In this document: in pieces, positions 48,993 to 63,323 of the stretch
Position numbering within the stretch: the first letter of the stretch is position 1
Layout of the letters: each line of letters starts with the position of its first letter
From: Octopus sinensis
Lineage: Eukaryota
Direction of reading: 5' to 3'
Assembly: GCF_006345805.1 (NCBI RefSeq)
Contig: NC_043001.1
Location: 34,162,001-34,226,000 of the forward strand
DNA: 64,000 nt
Made by a program: the position numbers and the translations under genes
The notes under the pieces: generated by a model
Told to the model about the DNA's origin: nothing
Databases searched by the model: none
What the model saw: the letters and a program-made list of their open reading frames with translations, nothing else

Positions 48993-51900
48993 TCATAAAC
49001 ATCAGAAAAACATTGGGTACATAACTATAAAGTACAAGGTATTTTGTCCGTCACTCACGCTTTTGCTATTCCATGACTATCGTTACCAAAGCAGCGTTGG
49101 TGTCTAATATAAACAAAGCCATAAAAAGTTTGGGAAGAGTTTTGTCAGTTAGTTCGATTCCATTATTTACTGGCATCTTGCTTTATCCGTTCCGAAAAGG
49201 CTAAGAACAAAGCTGATTTCGGTGGGAGTTGAACTTAAAAGGTAATATAACTAAATGTTGTAAAGCATTTTGTCCAATACTTTAAAGATTCTACCAACTC
49301 GGAACTGTATTGGTTTCCAATTTTGGCGCAGGGTCAGCGATTTCGGGGAAGAAGTAAGTCGATTACACCGAGTCCAGTGCTCAACTCGTATTTATTTCAT
49401 CGACCCTGAATGAATGTAAGGCAAAGTAGAACCTCGGCGGAATTTGAACCCAGAACGTAAAGCTGGGCGAAATACCTATTTCTTTATTACCCACAAGGGG
49501 CTAAACACAGAAGGGACAAACAAGGACAGACATAGGTATTAAGTCGATTACATCGACCCCAGTGCGTAACTGGTACTTAATTTATCGACCCCGAAAGGAT
49601 GAAAGGCAAAGTCGACCTCGGCAGAATTTGAACTCACTACGTAACGCAGACGAAATACCGCTTAACATTTTGCTCGGCGTGCTAACGATTCTACCAGCTC
49701 GTCGCCTTCGTCTGCAGGACAATGTCGACAAAGGTAAATATTTCGAATTAAAAGATTCACAAGAGAATAAAACCAGACATTTATAATTTAAAAAAAAAAT
49801 TAAATAAAGTATTATACCTGTGTGGTTTTGAACATATATTCTTTACAATACATTCATTCTCCTTTTCGTTTTCCATTTATGTTAGGTGGACACAAACCGC
49901 GATTAGAAGATTCTGAATTGATCTTTAAGGAGTATATTATATTAAGGCATGTGCAGACTTGTTTGTTCATGCATTCAGAAAACATGCATATATGTATAGA
50001 AATGTATTAATTCCTTCCCCGTCTACCCACACTAACACATACGTAAATATATACATAATGTACACCTGTACATTTGTATAAGAAATACATGCATAAAAGT
50101 ATACGTACATGTAAAAATATACTAATGCATAGATATTCGTGAGTACAACGTATGATGTTCGTTGTTTGCATATCATTACAGTGTCAGTAAGATGGTAATT
50201 AAGACAGATTGTTGTATCTATTTGGCATAATGACATTCAGTAAAATGGCGCATCCTACAAAGCAAAGCCGAAGACAACATCTACAGCAAAAAAGTGTACA
50301 TGTTGTAAATTATATATTAAGGTATTTAAGGGGTAAAATTAAGGGGAAGATAAAAAGGAGGTGTGTTTAAGGAAAAAGTTGGAACTCTCAAGAGTAACGA
50401 ATATATGTAAAAAAAAAAGAATAGGGAGGTGGTAAAGGAATTCTCTATCTGCTTCGACGTTGAGTATTCTGGTTGTTCTGTCAACTGAGTTATTCAATTC
50501 TTTAGTTAGTATTTAAGTGGATAAGTATTCTTATTTCTTTATTGCCCACAAGGGGCTAAACATAGAGGGGACAAACAAGGACAGACAAAGGGATTAAGTC
50601 GATTACATCGACCCCAGTGCGTAACTGGTACTTAATTTATCGACCCCGAAAGGATGAAAGGCTAAGTCAACCTCGGCGAAATTTGAACTCAGACGAAATA
50701 TTGCTAAGCATTTCGCCTGGCGTGCTAACGTTTCTGTCAGTTCGCTAACGTTTCTGCCAGTGGATAAATATTCTGCAGACATGTGTCTTCTTTAACGGTA
50801 CTTGGACGGAATCAATGTAACATTGTGTGACAATGCTTTGAACTTCAAATCATAAGTACAGACAATCCAACGAGTTTCTACACAGTTTCCTTTAACCCAA
50901 TTTCAATCAAAAGGATTCTATCAGTACAGGGCAGCGGCGTAGCTACACTGTGGAAGGTCTGCATCGTGTGAGCTTTTATGGGGACAGCACTTTTGCGTCT
51001 GCTCTACAAATCTGCAAAGGGCGACAAACTCAAGGTCTACTCCGGGTGACGCACATCCTAGCTACCCCACTGGCATGGGCCTACAATAGAGAGATACTTG
51101 TCGAGGGTGTTGAACTATGGGATCAAGTTCGTGACATCTTGATCGGGAAGTGAACTGCTTTATCATTCGGTTTTGCTTGCACACATATTCGTTCATGTAC
51201 TCACACAACATGTACACACAACGCATACACAATACCACACACAAAAGCACACATTACACACGTTCCTATTACACATGCGCGTAAACTCACATAAATACCC
51301 AAACTCACATATATGAGTTCTGCGCCATTTCGAATCTCGTCTGAGGACTACTAAAGGCGTCGTCATTACATGTGACTAGGATTTGGCTATTGTTGACTAC
51401 GGGAGAAAACCATAGTTATAGAACAAACGAATATTTGCCAGAGATTCATGTCATTTGCAGAAAGCCTACCTCTACTTTACCGTGTGCACACAAGTACACA
51501 CGCAGATACTCAAACATATTTACGTGAGGTGACGAGAATAATTACCAATTAATGGAAATAAAACTTCAACATACACAGTAGAAAAAACAACGATCATTGA
51601 GGTTGAATAAGCAAGATTCCAGTCAGAGAGAAATTGGGATAATAATAATTGTTGTTGTTATTTAACCCCAAGTTATTTCTGATCAAGTACGTAGACATAT
51701 GATCAAAAGTATTTTGAACTCAGATGTTGTTAATGCATAACAAAGGATTAAATTATTGGTTCAGACTTTGGCACAAGGTCAGTAATTTCGACAGAGAGGT
51801 TAAGTCGATTACACCATCCCCAGTGCTCTAATGGGGCTTTTTTTCCGACCCCGAAAGGAATGAAAAGCAGAGTTGACCTGCCAAATATATTAGACCCACC

Positions 51901-52609
51901 AAATTGACATTCTTCTCTAGATATACTATTACAAAATTAACCATCTCCGTTCTTCGTCTCCTACGATCCAATGGATGTGACTCATTTCTTCATGTGCTAA
52001 CATTTCTGGAAAAAATGTCATCAGAGAAAAACTGTCGCGTGATATTATCTGGTACTTGTGAACATGAAGGTAGACCCGCTGAGATTTGTCAAGGCACTCG
52101 GGGTCTACTTGGAGCGGTTGGGAATGTATTAAATGGTTCTACATTAGATTTGGCCAACATCCTTTCTTGTGACTGTGGAACTGTCAAAAACGAGTCGTCT
52201 ATTGCTTTGCACCTCATTGGATTTAACTTTGTTGTTTGGGTGACTCGAGAAAAGATATTTGCCTATTAGTGCATTTGACTATTAGTGCATAAAGTATACA
52301 AGCGACCCTCAAAAACCTTTTTGTGATTAAAGTGGCCCTCAGTGTAATTCGAGTTGGCCATGCCTGCTCTAAGAGGTCACACGACTAGCTGCAAATAGCA
52401 AGCAAATCTTTATCAGATTGCACGCACGCTAAACGTTTTTTTAAAAAAGGAGCCCGAAAAATGAAACAAAACAAGATGGATGGTCATAGTAAGAACAACT
52501 TTCATCATAAATATGTTTTGGGGGGACTGACCTAGATTGGAGAGTCAGTCTAATCTATAATCTAGGTATTACTGTTTAATGCTTTTGATAAATTATTGTG
52601 TGAGTGTAT

Positions 52610-52640
<31 letters not shown>

Positions 52641-52934
52641 TAGTAAATCTCAGGGTAGCAAAAGAAAATTTAGAAAACTTTTTTGCTACAAGTGGTCAAG
52701 CGAGAAGAAAAAAAACTAGTCAATAGACTATATATTATTCATATAAAATTCCAGATTATTTTATTTACAAAAGATTGTTTGAAGCTATGCATAGTCCAGG
52801 AAATATAGGGTAAATATTTTTATCTTTCATTCCCTTTCGAAATTACCCCTAATAGAGGTTTGTAGTTTAACTACTCTTTCTAGCGAGTCAGATGTCCTGT
52901 TATGGCCATCTCTTATGTGTTTAAATGTACACTG

Positions 52935-53200
<266 letters not shown>

Positions 53201-53239
53201 CCAGGGAGCAAGTACACTTAGACACACACATAAAACATG

Positions 53240-53556
53240 ATTAATTGTGGTAATTGGCACCGCTTTATGAGAGTGAAACTTTATTCTTTCCAACGCCGTC
53301 CTGTGCGCTATATCATTAGCATAGTTTGGAGAATATGGCACCAGCATTGTTCGAACGACATAAGCATCAAGTTGGCAATTCATCCTAGGCTGGGACACCA
53401 AACCTTAGGTCTCCCACACAGTTCAGACTCATAACACATTAGTACATTGTAAAGGGTCTAGATCTATGTAATATTATCCCGAAAAAGATCAGTCAGAAGG
53501 TGCCATTAAATTAGATATGGACTTCGTCAATTTTGGTTGAAATATATCTAAATTTA
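53240..53556 (+). mobile_element. Old CR1-like LINE 3' fragment
   Basis: [48 protein letters not shown] is homologous to the C-terminus of the adjacent minus-strand CR1; similar 3' terminus (aatatatctaaattta). Confidence 0.75.
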
Positions 53557-53638
53557 TACATACATACATACATACATACATACATACATACATACATACA
53601 TACATACATACATACATACATACATACATACATACATA

Positions 53639-55020
53639 AACTTAGATATGTTTCGACCAAAGATTGGTCCAGGCCAAGTCTAACTTAATAGCACCACCTG
53701 ATAGGATTATTTGAATCCTGTTTAAGTCAAGTTTTGTTTATGGTCCATTGAAGTAGTGAGTTTTTGTTGGGTGAGTTGTATCCAATTATGGGTGGCTTAT
53801 CTGGTATTCCTTGAAGGAATCTATCCAGACTCCGTTTAAAGTTGATGGGATCCTTTTCCTCTTTAATCTCTTTCGGGACAATGTTAAACAGGGCAGGGCC
53901 TGTTGAGGAAAAGAAATTATGTTGCAGTGTACATGTATGCTGTGATCTTGAATTGGGCAGGGGACGTATGGCCCGTGGTCCCAGTCTTGGATGAACCTTG
54001 AAGCTAATGTTCAGGTCGTTTGGGCAAAGTTGGCGGTATATTCTCCACATCGTACAAATGATGTACCGCTCACGGCGACGCTGGAGAGAGTAGTTTCAAG
54101 GCTTTAAGGCGATCCCAATAATTGAGAGCAGCCATGCCTTCAATTCGTTTAGTGAGTGCCCTCTGGGGTGATTCAATCCTGGAGATGTTTTGTCTTGTAT
54201 GGGGAGACCACAGTGGGCAGCAGTATTCGAGGTGTGGCCGTACAAAGGAGGAGAAAAGTGGTATGATGACACCTTGTTCTCTGGACCGGAAAGTTCTTAA
54301 GATCCAGGAACTCATCCTATGAGCTATATCGACCTTCTTGTTGATGTGTGCACTCCAACTGAGATCGTCATCAACAATTACACCCAGGTCTCTGATATTG
54401 TTAGAGGCTGTGAGCGGTTCCCCTGGAGCAAGAGAGTATGGCTGTTTTAGTGAGGAATTTCTTCCAAAATGCATCAGCTCAAATTTCCCCTCGTTCAGTT
54501 GCATTTTGTTTCTGTCTGTCCATTGACTCACAGTATATAGATCAGACTGGAGTTGAGTTCGGTCTGCTTCTTCATTGACGATTTGCTGGAGCTTAGTGTC
54601 ATCAGCAAATATTTTCACTTTGCAGTAATGTACGACACTGGAAAGGTCGTTTATGTAAATTATGAAGAGTAGCGGACCCAAGACAATCCATTGGGGGACA
54701 CTGCTGGTGACTTTTGCTGGGCTTGAGTGGACTCCATCAACTACAACATGTTGTGTTCTATTCGCCAGGAAATACTTAATCCAGTGTAGAACTTTTCCAC
54801 GGATTCCAACATCTGTCAATTTTGAGAGTAGGATATTATGGTCTACCCTGTCGAACGCTTTACTGAAGTCAAGATATATGACATCAGAGTTCGAACCTGT
54901 TCCCAAGGCTTTGAGTACATCTTCAATGTGGTGTAAGAGCTATGTTAGACAGTCCCTGCCACAGCGAAAGCCATGCTGATTTGCATTTAGGAGTTTGTGG
55001 GTCTCCAGGAAGTCAGCTAT
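53639..55020 (-). mobile_element. 5'-truncated CR1-clade LINE (RT domain to 3' end)
   Basis: QHGFRCGRDC...YLDFSKAFDRVDH...VPQWIVLGPLLFIIYIND...KIFADDTKL...RDLGV...VRPHLEYC...QRRRER; one stop and one frameshift. Confidence 0.95.
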
Positions 55021-55048
55021 CCTTACATATATATATTACATACATATA

Positions 55049-55386
55049 TATATTACATACATATAAGAGGGATGACCACCAAGTGGACATCCATTATGCT
55101 AGAGGTAGACCCCATATGGTCTGACCACTAAGAAAAGATTGTTCTCAAGAAAATTCAGCAAACACCATGACGTAAGCGATCAAGACTAAAGAAAGTGGTA
55201 ACAATGAAATCGGGTTTGTGATTAATCTATATTTTGTATCTTTTCATTTGTCTTGCCCGCTTACGTTCTGGCGTTTGCTAAATTTTCTTGAGAACAATCT
55301 TTTCTTTGTGGTCAGACCATATGGGTTCTACCTCTAGCATAATGGATGTCCACTTAGTGGTCATCCCTCTTATATGTATGTAATAT
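55049..55386. mobile_element. Fold-back MITE-like element, about 110-bp arms; a copy of its right arm is at 1-60
   Basis: tattacatacatataagagggatgaccaccaagtggacatccattatgctagagg... is mirrored at 55285-55386; tctagcataatggatctccactta at the window start matches the right arm. Confidence 0.75.
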
Positions 55387-55496
55387 AAATTTTTCTGAAT
55401 CTTCAAATTTTTCAATATGCTAGGCCATTGGTTTTAAATTGATATTAATCAAATTAATATTCAATTTTTCACCCTTATTATTTAAATTTAAATATA

Positions 55497-55555
<59 letters not shown>

Positions 55556-55564
55556 ATGTATATA

Positions 55565-55715
55565 GGATCAAACAGTTTGATTAAAACCTTAGCACTCTGA
55601 GTTTCAAGCGTGTCGCTGGTCGTCGGCCATTAGGAGTCTGACTTCTAATGCCCCCTGACTAACGACATGCTTGAAACTCTGAGTACCAAGGAGTTTGAAT
55701 CAAACTGTTTGATCC
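55565..55715. repeat. Imperfect hairpin of about 150 nt
   Basis: ggatcaaacagtttgatt...gagtttcaagcgtgtcg pairs with cgacatgcttgaaactc...aatcaaactgtttgatcc; inner stem cattagga/tctaatg. Confidence 0.8.
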
Positions 55716-55865
55716 ATACATGTAGCTCCCAATAAATGTGTATTTTACCCTTCTAAGGGTAAAAATACCCGATATTTCTGCGGCTTTCATGGCTATACTG
55801 CATTCAAATTTTACTTGCTTGTTTGTGAAATACGAAACAAATTCGACGCTTCCAAAAGTTTGCTT

Positions 55866-55920
<55 letters not shown>

Positions 55921-56196
55921 TATACAAAATGAGAAATGGAGAAACATACCTAAATCAATCATCAACCATCAGATAATACCCAATCAATACTTTATTAAAC
56001 CATTACACAACAGCAATGACATTATACATAATATATTACAAATATAACAAGACATAGAAATAGAAATAGAATATATATATATATATACATCGGGGCAGCA
56101 GTGGCTGCGTGGTAAGAAGCCTGCTTCCCAACCACATGCTTCCGGGTTCAGTCCCACTTGTGACACCTTGGACATGTGTATATATATATATATATA

Positions 56197-56577
56197 TATA
56201 TAGCAGTAAGAAAATGGAGGAGAACAATAGGTTGTTCATCAACTTTTAGACATTATATTATGTTAACTTATTTATTTACTAAACTGATAATTACAATAAT
56301 ATACATACGTATAACATATTATTCTTTACATATAAGATATAAGATATATAATATAGTAATATATAAGGATACCAGTAATTGTTTTTTTATAATAATTACT
56401 GGTATCCTTATATATTACTATATTTTATATCTTACATCTTATATGTAAAGAATAATATGCTATATGTATGTATATTATTGAAATTATCAGTTAAGTAAAT
56501 AAATAAGTTAACATAATATAATGTCTAAATGTTGATGAACCACCTATTGTTCTCCTCCATTTTCTTATTGCTATATA
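56197..56577. repeat. AT-rich palindrome, about 185-bp arms, about 10-nt loop
   Basis: tatagcagtaagaaaatggaggagaacaatagg...ggataccagtaatt pairs with aattactggtatcc...cctattgttctcctccattttcttattgctata. Confidence 0.9.
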
Positions 56578-56732
56578 AATTAATAGTAAAATATCTCTTT
56601 ACCTTCACCCATTTAGTACACTAGGTAATGTAATTGCAATGTAATAAAAAGCACTTGTGTATTAATAATTGGGTATTCTAAGAAATGTTATTCCTTAGTG
56701 GGTTGGATTCACAACCTCTTACTTTCTTGAGT

Positions 56733-56790
<58 letters not shown>

Positions 56791-57829
56791 GTATATATAT
56801 ATTATATATATATATATATAGATATATATATATATAATATATATATATATATGTATATATATATGTATATGTATATATATATGTATATGTATATATATAT
56901 TTATATAGGTATGTATGAATATAACTTTGTATATAACTCTATGTATATGTATGTATGTATGTAACTCTCACTCACAAACTCTCTCTCTCTCTCTTTCACA
57001 CACACACACGCACACACTCACACACACACACACACTGTCATTGAGCGGAAGTAATGTGAATGTGGTGACTAGATTCATTATTTAGCTTCTACAATTTACT
57101 CCCTCACCAACATAATTAATTCTGGAATTCTTTGTCTTCTCTTTTTTTTCCTTCTGTCTTTAATACTTTCTTGTTCCTCGTTTATTTTCTAAATTGCTTC
57201 ATACATAAATTTAAAGTATTCATACAAGAAATGTTTTAATTAGATTACATCACAAAACAAAATAATAGAGAAAAATAATGAAAATATATTTAAAAAAATG
57301 AATTAAATTTATTATTTGCTTACCTTTGAGTAATTCTTCTTGAAATTATTTTGATTATTTTGTTTTCCTATATTTTTAAATCGTCAAGTTTTGTGTCTGT
57401 TATAAAGTATATTCTACATCGGACACACTGCTCCAGTTTCGTTGAAATATCGTCTGCTACAGTGAAATGAACGACTACAGCTGTTTGTATTATCTACACG
57501 CGCACGTCCATTATTATGTCTTTGTATATGTGAGAAACAAAAAGAGAGAAAGAAGGAAAAAAAGAAAAGAGTTCTGTGTAAACATATATCTAAATATTTA
57601 TGCATATAACTTATGTACATACGTATATACGTGGGCGCACAAGTATTTCTTATAGGTGTACAGGCGCGGTCGGAAGTGTATGTATGTGTGTGCGTGCGTG
57701 TGTAGTGTGTGTAGGAGGAGGAACGCGTCGTATCTATTCTTATTTTTAGTTTACATATGTGCAAAAATATATGCGGATGGTGGAGTCCACGCTTGTATAG
57801 TTGCATAAAAGTGAACTGTGTGTAAAATT

Positions 57830-58325
<496 letters not shown>

Positions 58326-58679
58326 GATCGATCGATTTATCTATTAATATCTGTTTCTTTCTCCTTCAATGTGTGTGGGTGCGTGCGTGTGCGCATATGT
58401 GCGCGCGCTAGAGTTGTATATGTGTGTGTGTGTATATGTGTGTATGCGTGCGCTTAGAATTGCATGTATTAGCATGTGTTTGTCAAGCTGGCTGCATACA
58501 ACCGCCTATGTACGTGCAGAGGATTCTCTGTGTGAAATGTTTGTGTATATATATTTATACATCTGGTTATATATCAGTGATATAAATCCATATATACGTA
58601 TGTGTGATTGCATGTGAATGTATGTGCAAATACGTGTATGCATGTATATCTAAAAGAGACAGAGAGTATTTGTGTAATA

Positions 58680-58717
<38 letters not shown>

Positions 58718-59864
58718 CGTGTCTGTGTGTGTGTGTGTGCACCTGTGTGTGTGTGAGTGAGTGAGTGTGTGTGTATGTTTGTGTATTTGCTGGCTTATGT
58801 ATGTATGTAATTATTTATCTAGATGTATAGATGTAAAAAAGTGAATAATTATTATTTTCATTTCAGGACACCTTATAAAAATGAAAGGGACCTAGAAAAA
58901 AGGCCCAAATTGAACATTTGTAATCTTATTGCCTGTATATCATTGTTCATGCATTTACCGGAAGTCTATTACTAACATGTTTCTTTTTATTTTAAATTAT
59001 ATCGTATATATATATATTAGATCAGGTCACTTGTGACATAGAGTCCAGTAAAACTTGTTGCATGGCGGGTTGCCGCCGACCAAAGTGGCACTTCTAGTAG
59101 ACTTGCCTGGAGAAGAGGGTTGCTAGAAACCCTATAGGCCTAAAAATGCGACATGTGAAAAGGACCTGACGAACCTAGCATAGATTCTACGACTATCTAG
59201 CAAATAGTACGGGCCTTCAGATATTCCGGGTTGGTGTTTGGTGTGCTAGAAGACTATTGAGAGTAAGACACCCCTTACGTTTTTGTTAAAGCATGTCTCT
59301 AGTAAAAGATCACTTTGATATAAAACCGGATATGGCCTTGAACACTTTGGGGATCTTTCGCTTGTGCCTTAATTCACGGCGCTCTCACATTCCTGAGGAT
59401 GCAACCCATTTTGGCATTGGTTATCTTGTCCTGGATTATCTCTGGATCATGTCAGTAGGGTAGAGAGGTTGTGTAAGAATTATTAGTCCTAAAATTTTAG
59501 GTTGTGCAATCGCCGGCGAGGCAGCTATCCGATACTCGGTCGAGTAGGAGCGCGCCGCGGCAAACATGGAAGCCACGTACACGAACCCAAGTGTAGCCGA
59601 CTACTGGTACAATAAACCCATGCTCGAGCATTGCTGACATTGCTGGCATTTTGCACAGGCAATGGCCAGTGATGGTCTACCTCGGTGAACAGCCATCATG
59701 TGTGTGTGTGTGTGTGTGTGTGTAGTTGTGTAAGGGTCACAATAAATGTCTTCAGACGCTACTAATAGTTTCACGTGTCTTAAAATCTAAACACACTTTT
59801 CAGGAGCAGACTACTCTTCGTGCTGAACTAAGAACTTAAATATGGCGTCCATAATCCAATATAG

Positions 59865-60165
59865 GTCTTTAAAAAACGTTATGCCAACCACATAGTCTCC
59901 TTCGGACATAAAGACAAGTGTAAGGTCACAAAGTTAACCAGCCACGTGTGGGCTTTGAAAGATAATAGAACGCCATATACGATTAAATGGAAAATAATCG
60001 AAAAATCTACACCTTATGTGAATGGATCAAAGAAGCATAGGCTTTGCTTGGCTGAAAGAGCACAGATACTGTTCAGATCAAAAATCCTTAACTCGTTATT
60101 GAACTCGAGGTCTGAAATTTTCAGAGATTGCAGACACATGTAAAAATATATTTTGAAGAACTGGA
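59865..60165 (+). mobile_element. Penelope-like element, C-terminal GIY-YIG endonuclease remnant
   Basis: VFKKRYANHIVSF...TKLTSHVWALKD...YTIKWKII....PY......RLCLAERAQIL...LLNSRSEIFRDCRHM*KYILKN matches the PLE endonuclease C-terminal pattern as I recall it. Confidence 0.8.
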
Positions 60166-60568
60166 CAATCTCACGTATCCCTGATTGATTTGACATCCAC
60201 CCTCTGACCTTATTATCTAAAGACCAAGGAAGTTAGATTGCTTACTACTATAGTTTTCCCCCGTTTATTTCAGTATTTATTTTAGGTTTAATGTTTTTAT
60301 CCTTTATGGCCTTTATAAGTTTTTATATCCCTGACATTTCTTATATTTATACCCTTACATTTTTACCTTATATTTTATATATTTATTTTTCGCATACATT
60401 TTTACTCTTCGTACACAATTTACATTACATTTAATTTCGTGCATTATTTACATTTACATCAAGTCTCCTGAGTTCGTTTTCTATATGCTACCATTTATTC
60501 ACGTTTTTTCGTATTTCTCACGTCCAAAGCCATATTTAAAGTTCTTAGTTCAGCACGAAGAGTGGCCT

Positions 60569-60620
60569 GCGCCTGAAGAACCTGTTTAGATTTTCAGACT
60601 CGTGAAACTATTAGTAGCGC
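60569..60620 (+). ncRNA. Type I hammerhead ribozyme motif in the Penelope-like 3' region
   Basis: Stem I gcgc/gcgc; CTGAAGA; stem II acctgttt/agactcgt (6 of 8 pairs); GAA; stem III ACTA-t-TAGT; cleavage triplet GTA. Confidence 0.7.
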
Positions 60621-62137
60621 CCGGAGACATTTATCGTGACCCTTAAACAACAATATTTGTCTCTCACCAGATGGCGTGCTCTGTTTGTTGAATTATACCA
60701 CGGGTGTATATTTTTGTGTGTGCCTTTGTGTTTGGGTATATTACCACTGTTTGAATCACGTCCTCGTACAATAGTGGCTTGGCCAGAAAAAGTTTCATAG
60801 AATAAAGTATCACTCTTCAAGGCAGTGCGCCAGGGAATCCCATAGTCAAATTACTGAAACAAATAAAAGATAAAAAAAAATACAAATGTTTACATATATC
60901 AGAAACAAAATCCCCTGAAACAACAACAACAACAAAAACAAATTTGTATGGTGCAACCTTACCATTCAGTTGGTTACGTGCTTGTCACAGGACTCTTTAA
61001 TCAGACTAACCTGACGCTATACAACAACAACAACAACAAAAACAAAAAACTGTTCCTGCTGTCGCCACACCGAAATGATCCCGCTATGTCATTCAAATGT
61101 TATGACCACGTCAAAGGGTTGAAGAAACCGCGTTCAACATGACATATTGTAATTAAGACTACATTGCCACGCTGATATTTATTATACCAAATGAACGCCG
61201 TTAATCGTACAGACAAAAGAAAAAAGGAAAACCAAACACTGAACATGCATTTGAACAATAAGTTCCACTTAACTGAAATAAACGATTTTATGATTTTTCT
61301 CTGAGCCATATTTATATGCATATATATATGTATATATATATAAAGAATAAACCTTTACATATATAAATAACGTGAAATACACGAAGGGACGAACATAAGA
61401 GACAGACGGGTCATTCAAAGCCTTCGTTCTTCAGTCAGAAACCGATTCCTCATCGCAGATTTTATATATATATATATATATATATCTATATATATATATG
61501 ATATATATATATGTATATATATGCATATGCTCAGATATATATTTGCATACACACACGCACACAAACACACACGAACATATACTCTTTTACTCTTTTACTT
61601 GTTTCAGTCATTTGACTGTGGCCATGCTGGAGCACCACCTTTAGTCGAGCATATCGACCGCAGGACTTATTCTTTGTAAGCCTAGTACTTATTCTATGAG
61701 TCTCTTTTGCCGAACCGTTAGGTTACGGGGACGTAAACACACCACCATCGGTTGTCAAGCGATGTTCGGGGGACAAACACAAACACACAAACATATGCAC
61801 ACATGCATACATATATATATATGTACATATATACGACGGGCTTCTTTCAGTTTCCGTCTACCAAATCCACTCACAAGAGTTTGGTCGGCCCGAGGCTATA
61901 GTAAAAGACACTTGCCCAAGGTGCCACGCAGTGGGGCTGAACCCAGAACCATGTGGTTGGTAAACAAGCTACTTACCACACAGCCACTCCTGCATATGTT
62001 CAGACATATCTTTACATACATACACTCATATACACATGCATACATATGTATATACACATACATACATACATAAATACCTTCATGTATATATAAATATATA
62101 TATAGTATATATATATATAAGTACACACATATATATG

Positions 62138-62170
<33 letters not shown>

Positions 62171-62320
62171 CACATAGATATACATGTATGTATATATGTG
62201 TGTGTTTATATATATACATAATATGCGTGTATGTATTTATATGCACAGACACGCACTCACACGCACGCATACACATGTACACTCATACACATAAACGCGC
62301 GCGCACATACAGGCATATGG

Positions 62321-62381
<61 letters not shown>

Positions 62382-62421
62382 GAGAGAGAGAGAAAGACAG
62401 AGCGAGAGAGAGGGAGAGAGA

Positions 62422-62485
<64 letters not shown>

Positions 62486-62837
62486 CATGTTGAAAGAGGA
62501 ATAGCGAAAGAGACCTGTATAGTGTATATTACTATTCTGAAGGTAGATATAATTATTTTCCCGTCATTTTTTAGATCAGATTAACCTATTAATTTCCGGT
62601 GGAATATCATAAAAAACATGTCAATGAATATCGCAACAAAAGACGTAAAAAAATTATCCTTGGTGCTTGTTGCAGTAAGGAAATGATTATTTATTGAAGT
62701 TTCTCTGATTATTATTTAGTCTGCAGAGGATTAGGAAATAAAAAATCAAGGCGATCGCCCAGATAAAGTATTTTGCCAATAAATGATTCTATCTTCTAAC
62801 ACCGATAAACATACAATGCTCTATCTGTAACTGTCTG

Positions 62838-62968
<131 letters not shown>

Positions 62969-63206
62969 TTTCCCTAGGCTTTTCTTTCCACGGATAAACC
63001 TTATCTGTTTCCCCCCTTACACTTTACATCATGACATTTCTGTGATACACGATCCCTATTGATCGTTTGTTTTTTATTTCTTTTTTACGATCCCTTTTGA
63101 TCGAAAGCCTACCCCACTTTTATTATTTTTTTCTCCCCAAAAAGAAAGGCTCTACTTGGTAATTTGTCCCCTCTGTGTTCAGACCTGTGTGGCTAATAAA
63201 GAAACA

Positions 63207-63323
<117 letters not shown>

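Noticed and set aside
50932-51072. Short element with CAGCGGCGTAGCTA / TAGCTACCCCACTG ends
   Set aside because: TIR-like, but no TSD and no second copy in the window, so it is not supportable as a MITE.
51904-52269. 121-aa plus-strand ORF
   Set aside because: No recognisable motif, non-ATG start and no splice support; more likely the antisense shadow of an exon-like minus-strand segment.
59161-59220. Third hammerhead-like motif (ggacCTGACGAacctag...ctagcaaatagta)
   Set aside because: The conserved GAAA is missing and stems I and III pair poorly; at best a decayed relic.
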